Source: Ferrovibrio sp.
GTDB taxonomy: Bacteria > Pseudomonadota > Alphaproteobacteria > Ferrovibrionales > Ferrovibrionaceae
DNA: 64,000 nucleotides
NCBI RefSeq assembly: GCF_025869515.1
Contig: NZ_JAOZVR010000055.1
Location: 389-64,388 of the forward strand
Direction: 5' to 3'
Part shown: piece by piece, positions 46,969-55,002 of the stretch
Layout of the letters: every line of letters starts with the position of its first letter
Numbering within the stretch: position 1 is the first letter of the stretch
Notes under the pieces: generated by a model
Database searches by the model: none
The model's input: the letters and a program-made list of their open reading frames with translations, nothing else
What the model was told of the DNA's origin: nothing
Translations under genes and position numbers: made by a program

Positions 46969-48200
46969 CCATCGACAAGGCCGTTACCTCCGCCATCCAT
47001 GATTTCGTGACATCCGAACAGACCGGCATGGCCGCCATGCTGGCCGGGCTGGTGAAGGTGCCGTCCGACAATCCGCCGGGCGACTGCGCGCCGCATGCGA
47101 AACGCGCCACGGAACTGCTCGAAAAGCTCGGCTTCATCGTCGAGCAGCATCCGGTGCCGGCCGATCTGGTGAAGGCCAGCGGCATGATCAGCTGCACCAA
47201 CCTGATCGTGCGTAAAAAATTCGGAGACGGGCCGGTCGTGGCGATGAATGCCCATGGCGACGTGGTGCCGCCGGGCGAAGGCTGGAGCGTCGATCCCTTT
47301 GCCGCCGTGGTGAAGGACGGCGTGATGTACGGTCGCGGCGTGGCGGTGTCGAAATCCGATTTCGTCACCTATGCCTATGCGCTGCTGGCGCTGCAGAAAC
47401 TCGGCCGGCCGCTGAAGGGCAGTGTCGAACTGCATCTGACCTATGACGAGGAAGTCGGCGGCAGCATCGGGCCGGAATGGATTCTGGCCCAGGGCCTGAG
47501 CAAGCCCGACTACGCCTTCTCGGCCGGTTTTGCTTACGCCGTCACCACCGCGCATAATGGCTGCCTGCATCTGGAAGTGACCGTGAACGGCCTGTCGGCC
47601 CATGCGGCGCGACCTGACACGGGCCATGACGCGCTGGAAGCCGCCAACCGGATTCTCACCGCGCTCTATGCCTATCGCGACACGCTGGGTGGCATCCATT
47701 CCAAGGTGGAAGGCATCACCACGCCGTCTCTCGTCGTCGGCCTGATCAGGGGCGGCATCAACACCAACGTGGTGCCGGATCGCGTGTCTTTCCGGCTCGA
47801 CCGCCGCATGATCCCGGAAGAAAACCCGGAGCAGGTCGAAACCAATCTGCGCAACCTGATCGCCAGGACCGTCGAGGGCCTGCCCGGCATCACCGCGCAG
47901 GTCAACCGCGTGCTGCTGGCCCGCCCCTTCGGCGCCGTGCCCGGGGTGGAAAAGCTGATCGGCATCCTGACCCGCAACGCCAGTGAAGTGATGGGCAGGC
48001 CGGTCGGGACCGAAGGCATCCCGCTGTATACCGATGCGCGCCACTATTCGGCGGCCGGCGTGAAGACGGTGCTGTATGGCGCCGGGCCGCGCAACCTGCT
48101 GGAAGCCAACGGCCACCGCGCCGACGAGAAGCTGGTGCTGTCCGATCTCTACAAGGCCACCGAGGTGGTTGCCCGCACCCTGTATGAACTGCTGAGCTGA
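46965..48200 (+). CDS. M20/ArgE/DapE-family metallohydrolase, substrate unknown
   Basis: NAHGDVVP, YGRGVAVSKSD, TYDEE, SAHAA, YTDARHY, YGAGP, GHRADE. Confidence 0.88.
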   Translation: MTIDKAVTSAIHDFVTSEQTGMAAMLAGLVKVPSDNPPGDCAPHAKRATELLEKLGFIVEQHPVPADLVKASGMISCTNLIVRKKFGDGPVVAMNAHGDVVPPGEGWSVDPFAAVVKDGVMYGRGVAVSKSDFVTYAYALLALQKLGRPLKGSVELHLTYDEEVGGSIGPEWILAQGLSKPDYAFSAGFAYAVTTAHNGCLHLEVTVNGLSAHAARPDTGHDALEAANRILTALYAYRDTLGGIHSKVEGITTPSLVVGLIRGGINTNVVPDRVSFRLDRRMIPEENPEQVETNLRNLIARTVEGLPGITAQVNRVLLARPFGAVPGVEKLIGILTRNASEVMGRPVGTEGIPLYTDARHYSAAGVKTVLYGAGPRNLLEANGHRADEKLVLSDLYKATEVVARTLYELLS

Positions 48201-48205
48201 GAGCC

Positions 48206-49210
48206 ATGGCCAAGAAGAAAAGCCCGAAGAAAAAGACTGCCGTCCCGAAGACGAAGATCGACATCGTGGCGCAGGCCCTGAAAAGCGGGGCACTGGGGAA
48301 GGCGCCCTATCCGCGCGACCTCTACGGCTACGGCCCCAATCCGCCGGACCCGAAATGGCCGGGCGGCGCCAGGGTCGCGGTCAACTTCGTACTCAACTAC
48401 GAAGAGGGCGGCGAGCGCAGCATCCTGCATGGCGACAAGGTGTCGGAAACCTACCTGACCGAAATCCCCGGCGGCACGCCGCGCGTGAAGCAGCGCGACC
48501 ATGCCACCGAGTCGGTCTACGATTACGGCGCCCGCGCCGGCGTGTGGCGCGTGCTGCGCCTGTTCAAGGAGCGCGGCCTCCACTTCACCTCCTGGGCCGT
48601 CGGCATGGCGGTGGCGCGCAATCCGGCCGCCGCGCTGGCGATGCATGAACAGGGCCATGAAGTGGCCAGCCATGGCTGGCGCTGGTTCGATTACAACGGC
48701 ATGTCGATCGCCAAAGAACGCGCCGACATGAAGCTGGCGATCGAGTCGATCCGCCAGGCGACCGGCCAGCGCCCGCTCGGCTGGTATTGCGGCCGCTTCT
48801 CGGAGAACACGCTGAAACTGGTCGCCGAAGACGGCGGCTTCGTCTATTCGTCGGATACCTACGACGACGACCTGCCCTACTGGACCACGGTGGGCAAAAA
48901 GCCGCAGCTGATCGTCCCCTATACCTTCGACAACAACGACATGAAGTTCGGCCAGCTGCATGGCTTTGCCACCGGCGTCGACTTCTACAACCATGTGAAG
49001 GATGCCTTCGACACCCTCTACAAGGAGGGCGGCGACGGCGCGCCGAAGATGATGACCATCGCGCTGCATGCCCGGTTGATCGGCCGGCCCGGCCGCGCCG
49101 CCGCGCTGGCCCGCCTGATGGACTACATCCAGGGCCACGACAAGGTGTGGATCGCCAAACGCATCGAGATCGCCGAGCACTGGAAGAAAGTGCATCCGTT
49201 CAAAAAGTAG
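48206..49210 (+). CDS. puuE: Allantoinase PuuE, polysaccharide deacetylase fold
   Basis: YPRDLYGYG.NPP.P.WPGGAR.AVNFVLNYEEGGE...HGWRW...GWYCGR...DDDLPYW...PY.FD.NDM.F. Confidence 0.9.
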   Translation: MAKKKSPKKKTAVPKTKIDIVAQALKSGALGKAPYPRDLYGYGPNPPDPKWPGGARVAVNFVLNYEEGGERSILHGDKVSETYLTEIPGGTPRVKQRDHATESVYDYGARAGVWRVLRLFKERGLHFTSWAVGMAVARNPAAALAMHEQGHEVASHGWRWFDYNGMSIAKERADMKLAIESIRQATGQRPLGWYCGRFSENTLKLVAEDGGFVYSSDTYDDDLPYWTTVGKKPQLIVPYTFDNNDMKFGQLHGFATGVDFYNHVKDAFDTLYKEGGDGAPKMMTIALHARLIGRPGRAAALARLMDYIQGHDKVWIAKRIEIAEHWKKVHPFKK

Positions 49211-49212
49211 TC

Positions 49213-49286
49213 CGTCATCCTCGGGCTGGACCCGAGGATCTCTCTCCGTTCTGTCCGAGATGGTCGGGTCAAGCCCGACCATGACG
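49213..49286. repeat. Inverted doublet of CGTC-tagged REP-like hairpins
   Basis: CGTCATCCTCGGGCTGGACCCGAGGATC (49213-49240) and minus-strand CGTCATGGTCGGGCTTGACCCGACCATC (49259-49286), between convergent genes. Confidence 0.88.
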
Positions 49287-49292
49287 TGGTGG

Positions 49293-50003
49293 CTACTTCC
49301 GCCCCACCATGCCGTCCCAGGCCGCCATCGCCACCTCGACCGAGGCAAGCAGCTGCTGCTTCGTCGCGCCGTCGCGCGCCTGGATCGACATGCCCTGCAG
49401 GAACGTCGTGTAGAAGGCGCCGATGGCGGCGGCATCGGCCGTCGCCGGCACATCGCCCTCGGCCTGGCCGCGCCGGATGCGGTCCGCCAATGCGTCCATC
49501 GCCGCGCGACGGCTCCTGGTCATCAGCGCGCGCACGCTCTTGTTCTCCGGCGCGCCGACGATGGCCGACAGCACCGCCATGCAGCCCGGCGGGTGGGCCG
49601 GATTGACGTAATTGCCGGCATGGAACCGCAGCATGGCGGCAAAACCCTGTTTCGCCGTCCTGCCCTCCCGCAACAGCCGCTGCGGCAAGGCGCCCTCGGT
49701 GGTCTTGTAGAATTCCAGCGCCTCCGCGAACAGCGCCTCCTTGCAGGTAAACGCCGCATAGAGGCTCGGCGCGTTGATTCCCATTGCATTGGTCAGGTCG
49801 CTGAGCGAGGTGGCCTCATAGCCGCGCAGCCAGAAAACCTGCATGGCCGCCTTCAGCGCCGCATCGCGATCGAAACCGCGCGGCCGCCCACGGGCGACTT
49901 TATCGACGGCCTTCGGCGACTTGGACTTTGTGACGCCCCGTTGCTTTGTGCCCTCTCGCTTTGTGATCGTGCGCACGGCCATGACCGTTTCCTGCGATTC
50001 CAT
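49293..50003 (-). CDS. TetR/AcrR regulator, BdcR/ComR-like
   Basis: [28 protein letters not shown]...GIN.PSLYAAF..K..LF. Start 50003 or 49982. Confidence 0.92.
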   Translation of the reverse strand: MESQETVMAVRTITKREGTKQRGVTKSKSPKAVDKVARGRPRGFDRDAALKAAMQVFWLRGYEATSLSDLTNAMGINAPSLYAAFTCKEALFAEALEFYKTTEGALPQRLLREGRTAKQGFAAMLRFHAGNYVNPAHPPGCMAVLSAIVGAPENKSVRALMTRSRRAAMDALADRIRRGQAEGDVPATADAAAIGAFYTTFLQGMSIQARDGATKQQLLASVEVAMAAWDGMVGRK

Positions 50004-50008
50004 TCCAA

Positions 50009-50092
50009 TTCTGTAACAACCGATAAATAAAGCGCTTGACCGCGGCCGGCAAGCGAATACCTTGCCGCTCCTATTCTGTATCGATCACTACA
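50009..50092. promoter_or_regulatory. Two candidate TetR operators sharing TTCTGTA...CGAT
   Basis: TTCTGTAACAACCGATA at 50009 and TTCTGTATCGATCACTACA at 50074 (TGTA-N8-TACA). Confidence 0.55.
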
Positions 50093-50108
50093 AATAAGGA
50101 GACTTCCC

Positions 50109-50834
50109 ATGAGCACGACCCCGTTGCAAGGCAAGGCCGCCCTCGTCACCGGCGCCAGCCGCGGCATCGGCGCCGCCATCGCGAAAGCCCTGGCCGCCGC
50201 CGGCGCCGATGTGGCGATCACCTACAGCAGTTCGCCCGACAAGGCCGAAGCTGTCGTGAAGGACATCGGCGGCAAAGCCATCGCCATCCGGGCCGACAGC
50301 GCCGACCCGAAAGCCGTGCAGGATGCGGTGGCGCGGACGGCGAAGACCTTCGGCCGCCTCGATATCCTGGTCAACAATGCCGGCGTCGCCTATGGCGACG
50401 ACTCGCTGGAGAACATCGAGCGCATGCTGGCGATCAATACCCGCGCGCCCTATGTGGCCGCGCTCGCCGCCGCGCCGCTGATGACCGAGGGCGGCCGCAT
50501 CGTCACCATCAGCTCCTGCCTGGGCGAGAAAGTGGGTTTCCCCGGCGTCACGCTCTATTCCATGAGCAAGGCGGCGATGACCGGCATGACGCGCGGTCTG
50601 GCCCGCGACCTCGGCCCGCGCGGCATCACGGTGAATGTCGTGCAGCCCGGCCCGATCGATACCGACATGAACCCGGCCGATGGCGAGCATGCCCCTGCCA
50701 TGACGGCAATGACCGCGCTCGGCCGTTACGGCAAAACCTCGGAGATCGCCGATACGGTGGTGTTCCTTGCCGGCCCGGGCGCCAGCTACATCACCGGCGC
50801 CCAGATCACGGTGGATGGCGGCCTCAACGCGTAA
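50109..50834 (+). CDS. SDR oxidoreductase, BdcA-like
   Basis: TGASRGIG, NNAG, LYSMSKAA, VQPGPIDTDMNP; AAGGAG SD. Confidence 0.92.
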   Translation: MSTTPLQGKAALVTGASRGIGAAIAKALAAAGADVAITYSSSPDKAEAVVKDIGGKAIAIRADSADPKAVQDAVARTAKTFGRLDILVNNAGVAYGDDSLENIERMLAINTRAPYVAALAAAPLMTEGGRIVTISSCLGEKVGFPGVTLYSMSKAAMTGMTRGLARDLGPRGITVNVVQPGPIDTDMNPADGEHAPAMTAMTALGRYGKTSEIADTVVFLAGPGASYITGAQITVDGGLNA

Positions 50835-50867
50835 CCGGCAGAGCGGCCGGGTGCGATGGCCCGGCCG

Positions 50868-51692
50868 CTATTTCCTCGCGTTGCCGGCCAGCCGGGCGAA
50901 CACATCCTGCAGGTCGACCGGACGGCGCTTGCCGGCATTGAGATCGAGCCCGTCCTCCAGCCGCTGCAGATGCTCTTCCATGTAGCGCACGGCGCCATCG
51001 GCATCATGCGCGGCCAGGCGGTCGAGCAGGATGCCATGCTCCTCGTGGCTGCACATGGCATGACCCGGCATCTCGTAGATCGCCAGGATCAGCGAGGTGC
51101 GCGAGATCAGCGCGCGCAGGAACACGCTGAGCGGTTCGTTCTGCATCAGCCTGGCGAGTTCGATGTGGAATTCGCCGGACAGCCGGATGGCGCTGCGCCG
51201 GTCGCGCGTTTTTTCCGCCTCATGCTCCTGCGCCACGAAGCGGCGCAGGCTGGCGATCTGCGCCGGCGTGATGCGGCGCGCCAGCGCGGCGGCGATGCCG
51301 GTCTCGACCACGCGGCGGGCGGCGAAGACCTCGCGCGCCTCCTGCACGCCCGGCTTGGTCACCGTGGCGCCGCGATTGTGCTGCAGCGTTACCAGGTTGA
51401 GATTCTCATGCGCCAGCGCCAGCAGCACCTTGCGGATGCGCGTGCGGCTGACGCCGAAGGCGCGGGCCAGCACATCCTCGGGCAGCTTGGTGCCCGGCAT
51501 GATGATGTGGTCGACGATGGCGGTGTAGACGCTGTCGTAGATGGTGGCGTCGTCGATGGTGGCCTTGCTCGCCTTGCCGGCTTTGGGCAGGCGCGGCACC
51601 GCCATCGCCTCGGCCGCGGTGATCTTGCGGCCGGTCCCCGCCTTGCCGCGTTCGGGCTTGCCGCGTTCCAGTTTAACGGCCGGCTGTGCCAT
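50868..51692 (-). CDS. GntR/FadR regulator with FCD domain
   Basis: PGTKLPEDVLA..FGVSRT.IR.VL..L...NRGA.V...SGEFH..LA...H. Confidence 0.92.
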   Translation of the reverse strand: MAQPAVKLERGKPERGKAGTGRKITAAEAMAVPRLPKAGKASKATIDDATIYDSVYTAIVDHIIMPGTKLPEDVLARAFGVSRTRIRKVLLALAHENLNLVTLQHNRGATVTKPGVQEAREVFAARRVVETGIAAALARRITPAQIASLRRFVAQEHEAEKTRDRRSAIRLSGEFHIELARLMQNEPLSVFLRALISRTSLILAIYEMPGHAMCSHEEHGILLDRLAAHDADGAVRYMEEHLQRLEDGLDLNAGKRRPVDLQDVFARLAGNARK

Positions 51693-51739
51693 TCCTTGCT
51701 CCGCCGGCCGTCGAATCGGCCGGACAATCCTCAGGCCGG

Positions 51740-51751
51740 ATCGTATACGAT
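51740..51751. promoter_or_regulatory. Perfect palindrome ATCGTATACGAT, probable GntR auto-operator
   Basis: About 48 bp upstream of the GntR ATG. Confidence 0.65.
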
Positions 51752-51790
51752 GACCGGTTTTCCGGTCTATATGCCCGCCCGCCGCGGTCT

Positions 51791-51815
51791 GGAACTGCCC
51801 GCCCCGTCAGGCGTT
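51791..51815 (+). promoter_or_regulatory. Sigma-EcfG-type promoter for the epimerase-like gene
   Basis: GGAAC (51791-51795), N16, CGTT (51812-51815). Confidence 0.75.
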
Positions 51816-51860
51816 TTTTTCTGACAGGTTTCAGTATGGCGCATTCCAGGGCGGTGCCTT

Positions 51861-52859
51861 ATGGCCAAATTCCTCGTCACCGGCGGCTGCGGTTTCATCG
51901 GCTCGCATCTTGTCGACCAGCTGCTGCGCCAGGGCCACCGCGTGCGGGTGCTCGACGACCTGTCCAGCGGCCGCACCCAGAATCTGGCGCCCGAGGCCGA
52001 ACTGATCCTCGGCGATGTCGCCGATCCGGCCCTGACGGCGATGGCGATGACCGGCGTCATGGGCTGCTTCCACCTGGCCGCCTGCGACAGCGAAGATGAC
52101 TGGCTGGCCGCCCACCGCACCAACCACGTCGGCACGCTGACCGTCTTCGCGGCGGCGCGGGCCCGTTCGGTGCCCGTGGTCTATGCCTCTTCGGCGGCGG
52201 TCTATGGCGACAGCAGCGATCCGCGGCAGTCGGAAATGTCGGCCACCAAGCCGCTTGATTCTCTGGCCGCCGACAAGCTCGGCTGCGAGCTGCATGGCCG
52301 CATCGCCGCCATGACGCATGGCGTGCCGACCGCCGCCCTGCGCTTCTTCGACGTCTACGGGCCGCGCCAGGATACCGGCTCGCCCGGCGCCGGCATCATC
52401 CGCACCTTCACCACCTGCGCGCTGGCCGGCCAGCCGATGACGCTGGACGGCGACGGCGAACAGGTGCGCGATTTCATTTTCGTCGCCGACGCGGTGGCGC
52501 ATCTGACCGCGGCGATGGACCGGCAGCTGGAACGCCAGCGCGACCGCCGGCCGGCCGCCGCCGGCATTTTCAATGTCTGCACCGGGCAGCCGACGCGCTT
52601 TCGCGATCTCGCCACGCTGATCGCCCGGCTTTGCGGCCGCCAGCCGCAGTTGCGCATGGTGCCGGCCCGCGACGGCGATATCCGCCGCCTGCTCGGCGAT
52701 CCCGCCGCGGCGATCCGGCATCTGCGCGTCGCTGCCACCACGCCGCTGGAAGACGGCCTGCGGCTGACGCTGACCCGCCTGCAGCCCGAGCCGCTGCCGG
52801 ACCCGCATCCGGCCACGCCCTTCGGCGTCCACTGGTCGAGCCGCCTGCTGTCGCAGTAG
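51861..52859 (+). CDS. NAD-dependent epimerase/dehydratase-like protein lacking the catalytic Tyr
   Basis: TGGCGFIG, YASSAAVYG, LRFFDVYGPRQ, RDFIFVAD; the YxxxK position reads LAADK. Confidence 0.85.
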   Translation: MAKFLVTGGCGFIGSHLVDQLLRQGHRVRVLDDLSSGRTQNLAPEAELILGDVADPALTAMAMTGVMGCFHLAACDSEDDWLAAHRTNHVGTLTVFAAARARSVPVVYASSAAVYGDSSDPRQSEMSATKPLDSLAADKLGCELHGRIAAMTHGVPTAALRFFDVYGPRQDTGSPGAGIIRTFTTCALAGQPMTLDGDGEQVRDFIFVADAVAHLTAAMDRQLERQRDRRPAAAGIFNVCTGQPTRFRDLATLIARLCGRQPQLRMVPARDGDIRRLLGDPAAAIRHLRVAATTPLEDGLRLTLTRLQPEPLPDPHPATPFGVHWSSRLLSQ

Positions 52860-52886
52860 ACGGCGAGTCTGACGCTATCACACCAC

Positions 52887-52907
52887 CGTCATGCCCGGGC
52901 ATCCATC
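52887..52907 (+). repeat. Shortened CGTC-tagged REP-like copy
   Basis: CGTCATGCCCGGGCATCCATC: same tag and CCATC tail, loop collapsed to the palindrome ATGCCCGGGCAT. Confidence 0.7.
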
Positions 52908-52925
52908 CCATGCCAGCGTTACGCC

Positions 52926-53213
52926 ATGGCCGGAGGGTGGGTCTACATTGTCACAAACAGGCCGAACGGCACGCTGTATGTCGGCGTGACATCCGATATC
53001 GCGCGCCGCGCCTGGGAACATCGCGAAGGTGTGGTTGCCGGCTTCACAAAGACATACGGCCTCAAACATCTGGTTTACGTCGAGCGGCACGAGGATATCC
53101 GCATTGCGATCCAGCGTGAAAAAAGCATCAAGCACTGGTCTCGCAATCGAAAGCTGCAGATGATTCATGCTGCCAATCCGGACTGGCGCGACCTGTACGA
53201 CACACTGGCCTGA
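52926..53213 (+). CDS. Stand-alone GIY-YIG nuclease family protein, 95 aa
   Basis: WVYIV...TLYVGVT..I.RR.WEH...E..I..EK.IK.W.R..K...I...NP.W.DLY. Confidence 0.93.
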   Translation: MAGGWVYIVTNRPNGTLYVGVTSDIARRAWEHREGVVAGFTKTYGLKHLVYVERHEDIRIAIQREKSIKHWSRNRKLQMIHAANPDWRDLYDTLA

Positions 53214-53235
53214 AATCGACCTTGCAGTGGCGACA

Positions 53236-53320
53236 GATGGACCCTCGGCGCAAGGCCGAGGGTGACGATCTTTGTGGTGTTGAAAGGAATGGATGGCCGG
53301 CACAAGGCCGGCCATGATGG
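53236..53320 (-). repeat. Two REP-like hairpins inverted relative to the copy at 52887
   Basis: Minus strand CGTCACCCTCGGCCTTGCGCCGAGGGTCCATC (53236-53267) and CATCATGGCCGGCCTTGTGCCGGCCATCC (53291-53319). Confidence 0.88.
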
Positions 53321-53356
53321 TAGAGTTTGCGGCAGAGCCGCGCATAATATCCGGCC

Positions 53357-54577
53357 ATGTCCTCCATCTCCGCCTCCCCCGTTCCGTCCGCCTCCCCCAC
53401 GCCGGCCCCGATAACGCCGGCCGTGGCCGCCGGCCTGCTGTCGGCCTTCGTCGGTTTCGCCTCGTCTTTCGCGGTGATCCTGCAGGGACTCATTGCCGTC
53501 GGCGCCAGCCAGGCGCAGGCCGCCTCCGGCCTGATGGCGCTCAGCATCGCCATGGGGCTCTGCGCCATCATCCTCAGCCTGAAGACCCGCATGCCGATCA
53601 GCATCGCCTGGTCGACGCCGGGCGGCGCGCTGCTCGCGGCCTCCGCCGGACATGAGATCGCCGGCGGCTTTGCCGGCGCGGTCGGCGCCTTCATCCTCTG
53701 CGGCCTGCTGCTGACACTGGCCGGCCTGTGGAAACCGCTCGGCCGCGCGGTCGCCGCGATTCCGCCGGCGCTGGCCAATGCCATGCTGGCCGGCATCCTG
53801 CTCGGCCTGTGCCTGGCGCCGGTGAAGGCGGTGGCGGCGCTGCCGGTGGCGGGACTCAGCATCTTGATCGTCTGGGCCCTGGTGGCGAAGTGGAAGCGGC
53901 TCTGGGCGATGCCGGCCGCCGTGCTGGTCACCTTCGGCTTCATCCTCGCCGGCGGCGAGCTGCAGGGCCTGGCGCTCGGCGCACTCTGGCCGCAGCCGGT
54001 TCCGGTGCTGCCGGTCTTCTCGCCCGGCGCCCTGCTCGGCATCGCGCTGCCGCTGTTCATCGTCACCATGGCCTCGCAGAACATCCCCGGCATCGCCGTG
54101 CTGCAGGCCAATGGCTACCGCCCCGATCCGGCGCCGCTGTTCCGCACTACGGGAATCTTCAGCCTGCTCGGCGCGCCCTTCGGCGGCCATGCGGTCAATC
54201 TCGCCGCCATCACCGCCGCGATCTGCGCCGGACCCGAAGCGCATCCCGATCCGGCGCGGCGCTGGATCGCCGCCGTGGTCGCCGGGCTGGGCTATATCGT
54301 CTTCGGCCTGCTGGCGGGCGCCGCCACCGCGGTGTTCAGCGCCGCGCCGCCGGTGCTGATCCAGGCCGTCGCCGGCCTCGCTTTGCTCGGCGCCTTCGCC
54401 AATGCGCTGGTAACAGCCCTGTCTGACCCGCAGAGCCGCGAGGCCGCCGCCATCACCTTCATCGTCGCGGCCAGCGGCCTGACCCTGTTCGGTATCGGCG
54501 GCGCCTTCTGGGGCCTGATTGCCGGCGGCGCCATCCTGGCGCTGACACGCTGGACGGGCTTCAAGCGCGGAACCTGA
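53357..54577 (+). CDS. BenE/YdcO-family benzoate:H+ symporter
   Basis: PISIAWSTPGGALL...PLFIVTMASQNIPG...GGHAVNLAAITAAIC.G..AHPD...R. Confidence 0.92.
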   Translation: MSSISASPVPSASPTPAPITPAVAAGLLSAFVGFASSFAVILQGLIAVGASQAQAASGLMALSIAMGLCAIILSLKTRMPISIAWSTPGGALLAASAGHEIAGGFAGAVGAFILCGLLLTLAGLWKPLGRAVAAIPPALANAMLAGILLGLCLAPVKAVAALPVAGLSILIVWALVAKWKRLWAMPAAVLVTFGFILAGGELQGLALGALWPQPVPVLPVFSPGALLGIALPLFIVTMASQNIPGIAVLQANGYRPDPAPLFRTTGIFSLLGAPFGGHAVNLAAITAAICAGPEAHPDPARRWIAAVVAGLGYIVFGLLAGAATAVFSAAPPVLIQAVAGLALLGAFANALVTALSDPQSREAAAITFIVAASGLTLFGIGGAFWGLIAGGAILALTRWTGFKRGT

Positions 54578-54593
54578 ACCGCTGCGGCGGGTT
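54569..54593 (+). promoter_or_regulatory. Sigma-EcfG-type promoter overlapping the BenE stop
   Basis: GGAAC (54569-54573), N16, GGTT (54590-54593). Confidence 0.68.
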
Positions 54594-54617
54594 TCTCCTA
54601 CACCAGGAGGACCCGTC

Positions 54618-54998
54618 ATGGCCGAACAGCCGAAACCGAAAAATCCCGAAGACAAAACGCCCGTGGGCGATCCGCCGAACAAGGACAAGCCGCGCATCAC
54701 CCAACGAATCTTTCCGGCGCAGCAATATACACTGGAACCCGGCGATCATGGCCGCGGCACCGGGTCCGCGCATACCGAACCGCTGGTGAAGGCTGCGCCG
54801 GCACAGCAGCCATACGGCCGCGGCACCTATGGCAACGACCAGTTCAATGCCGAGCATCACGACGATTTCGTCAATGACCGCGCACTGCCCGAAGGCCTGT
54901 GCGATCCGCAGGAGCATGTCCAGGGCGCGCCGCTGCGCCCGACCCTGAAGCCGAAAGAAAAGCGCTACGGTCGCCTCGGCGACGAGGGCAAGGGCTAG
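54618..54998 (+). CDS. 126-aa hydrophilic hypothetical protein
   Basis: AGGAGG SD, typical codon use, no hydrophobic segment. Confidence 0.72.
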   Translation: MAEQPKPKNPEDKTPVGDPPNKDKPRITQRIFPAQQYTLEPGDHGRGTGSAHTEPLVKAAPAQQPYGRGTYGNDQFNAEHHDDFVNDRALPEGLCDPQEHVQGAPLRPTLKPKEKRYGRLGDEGKG

Positions 54999-55002
54999 AA
55001 CT

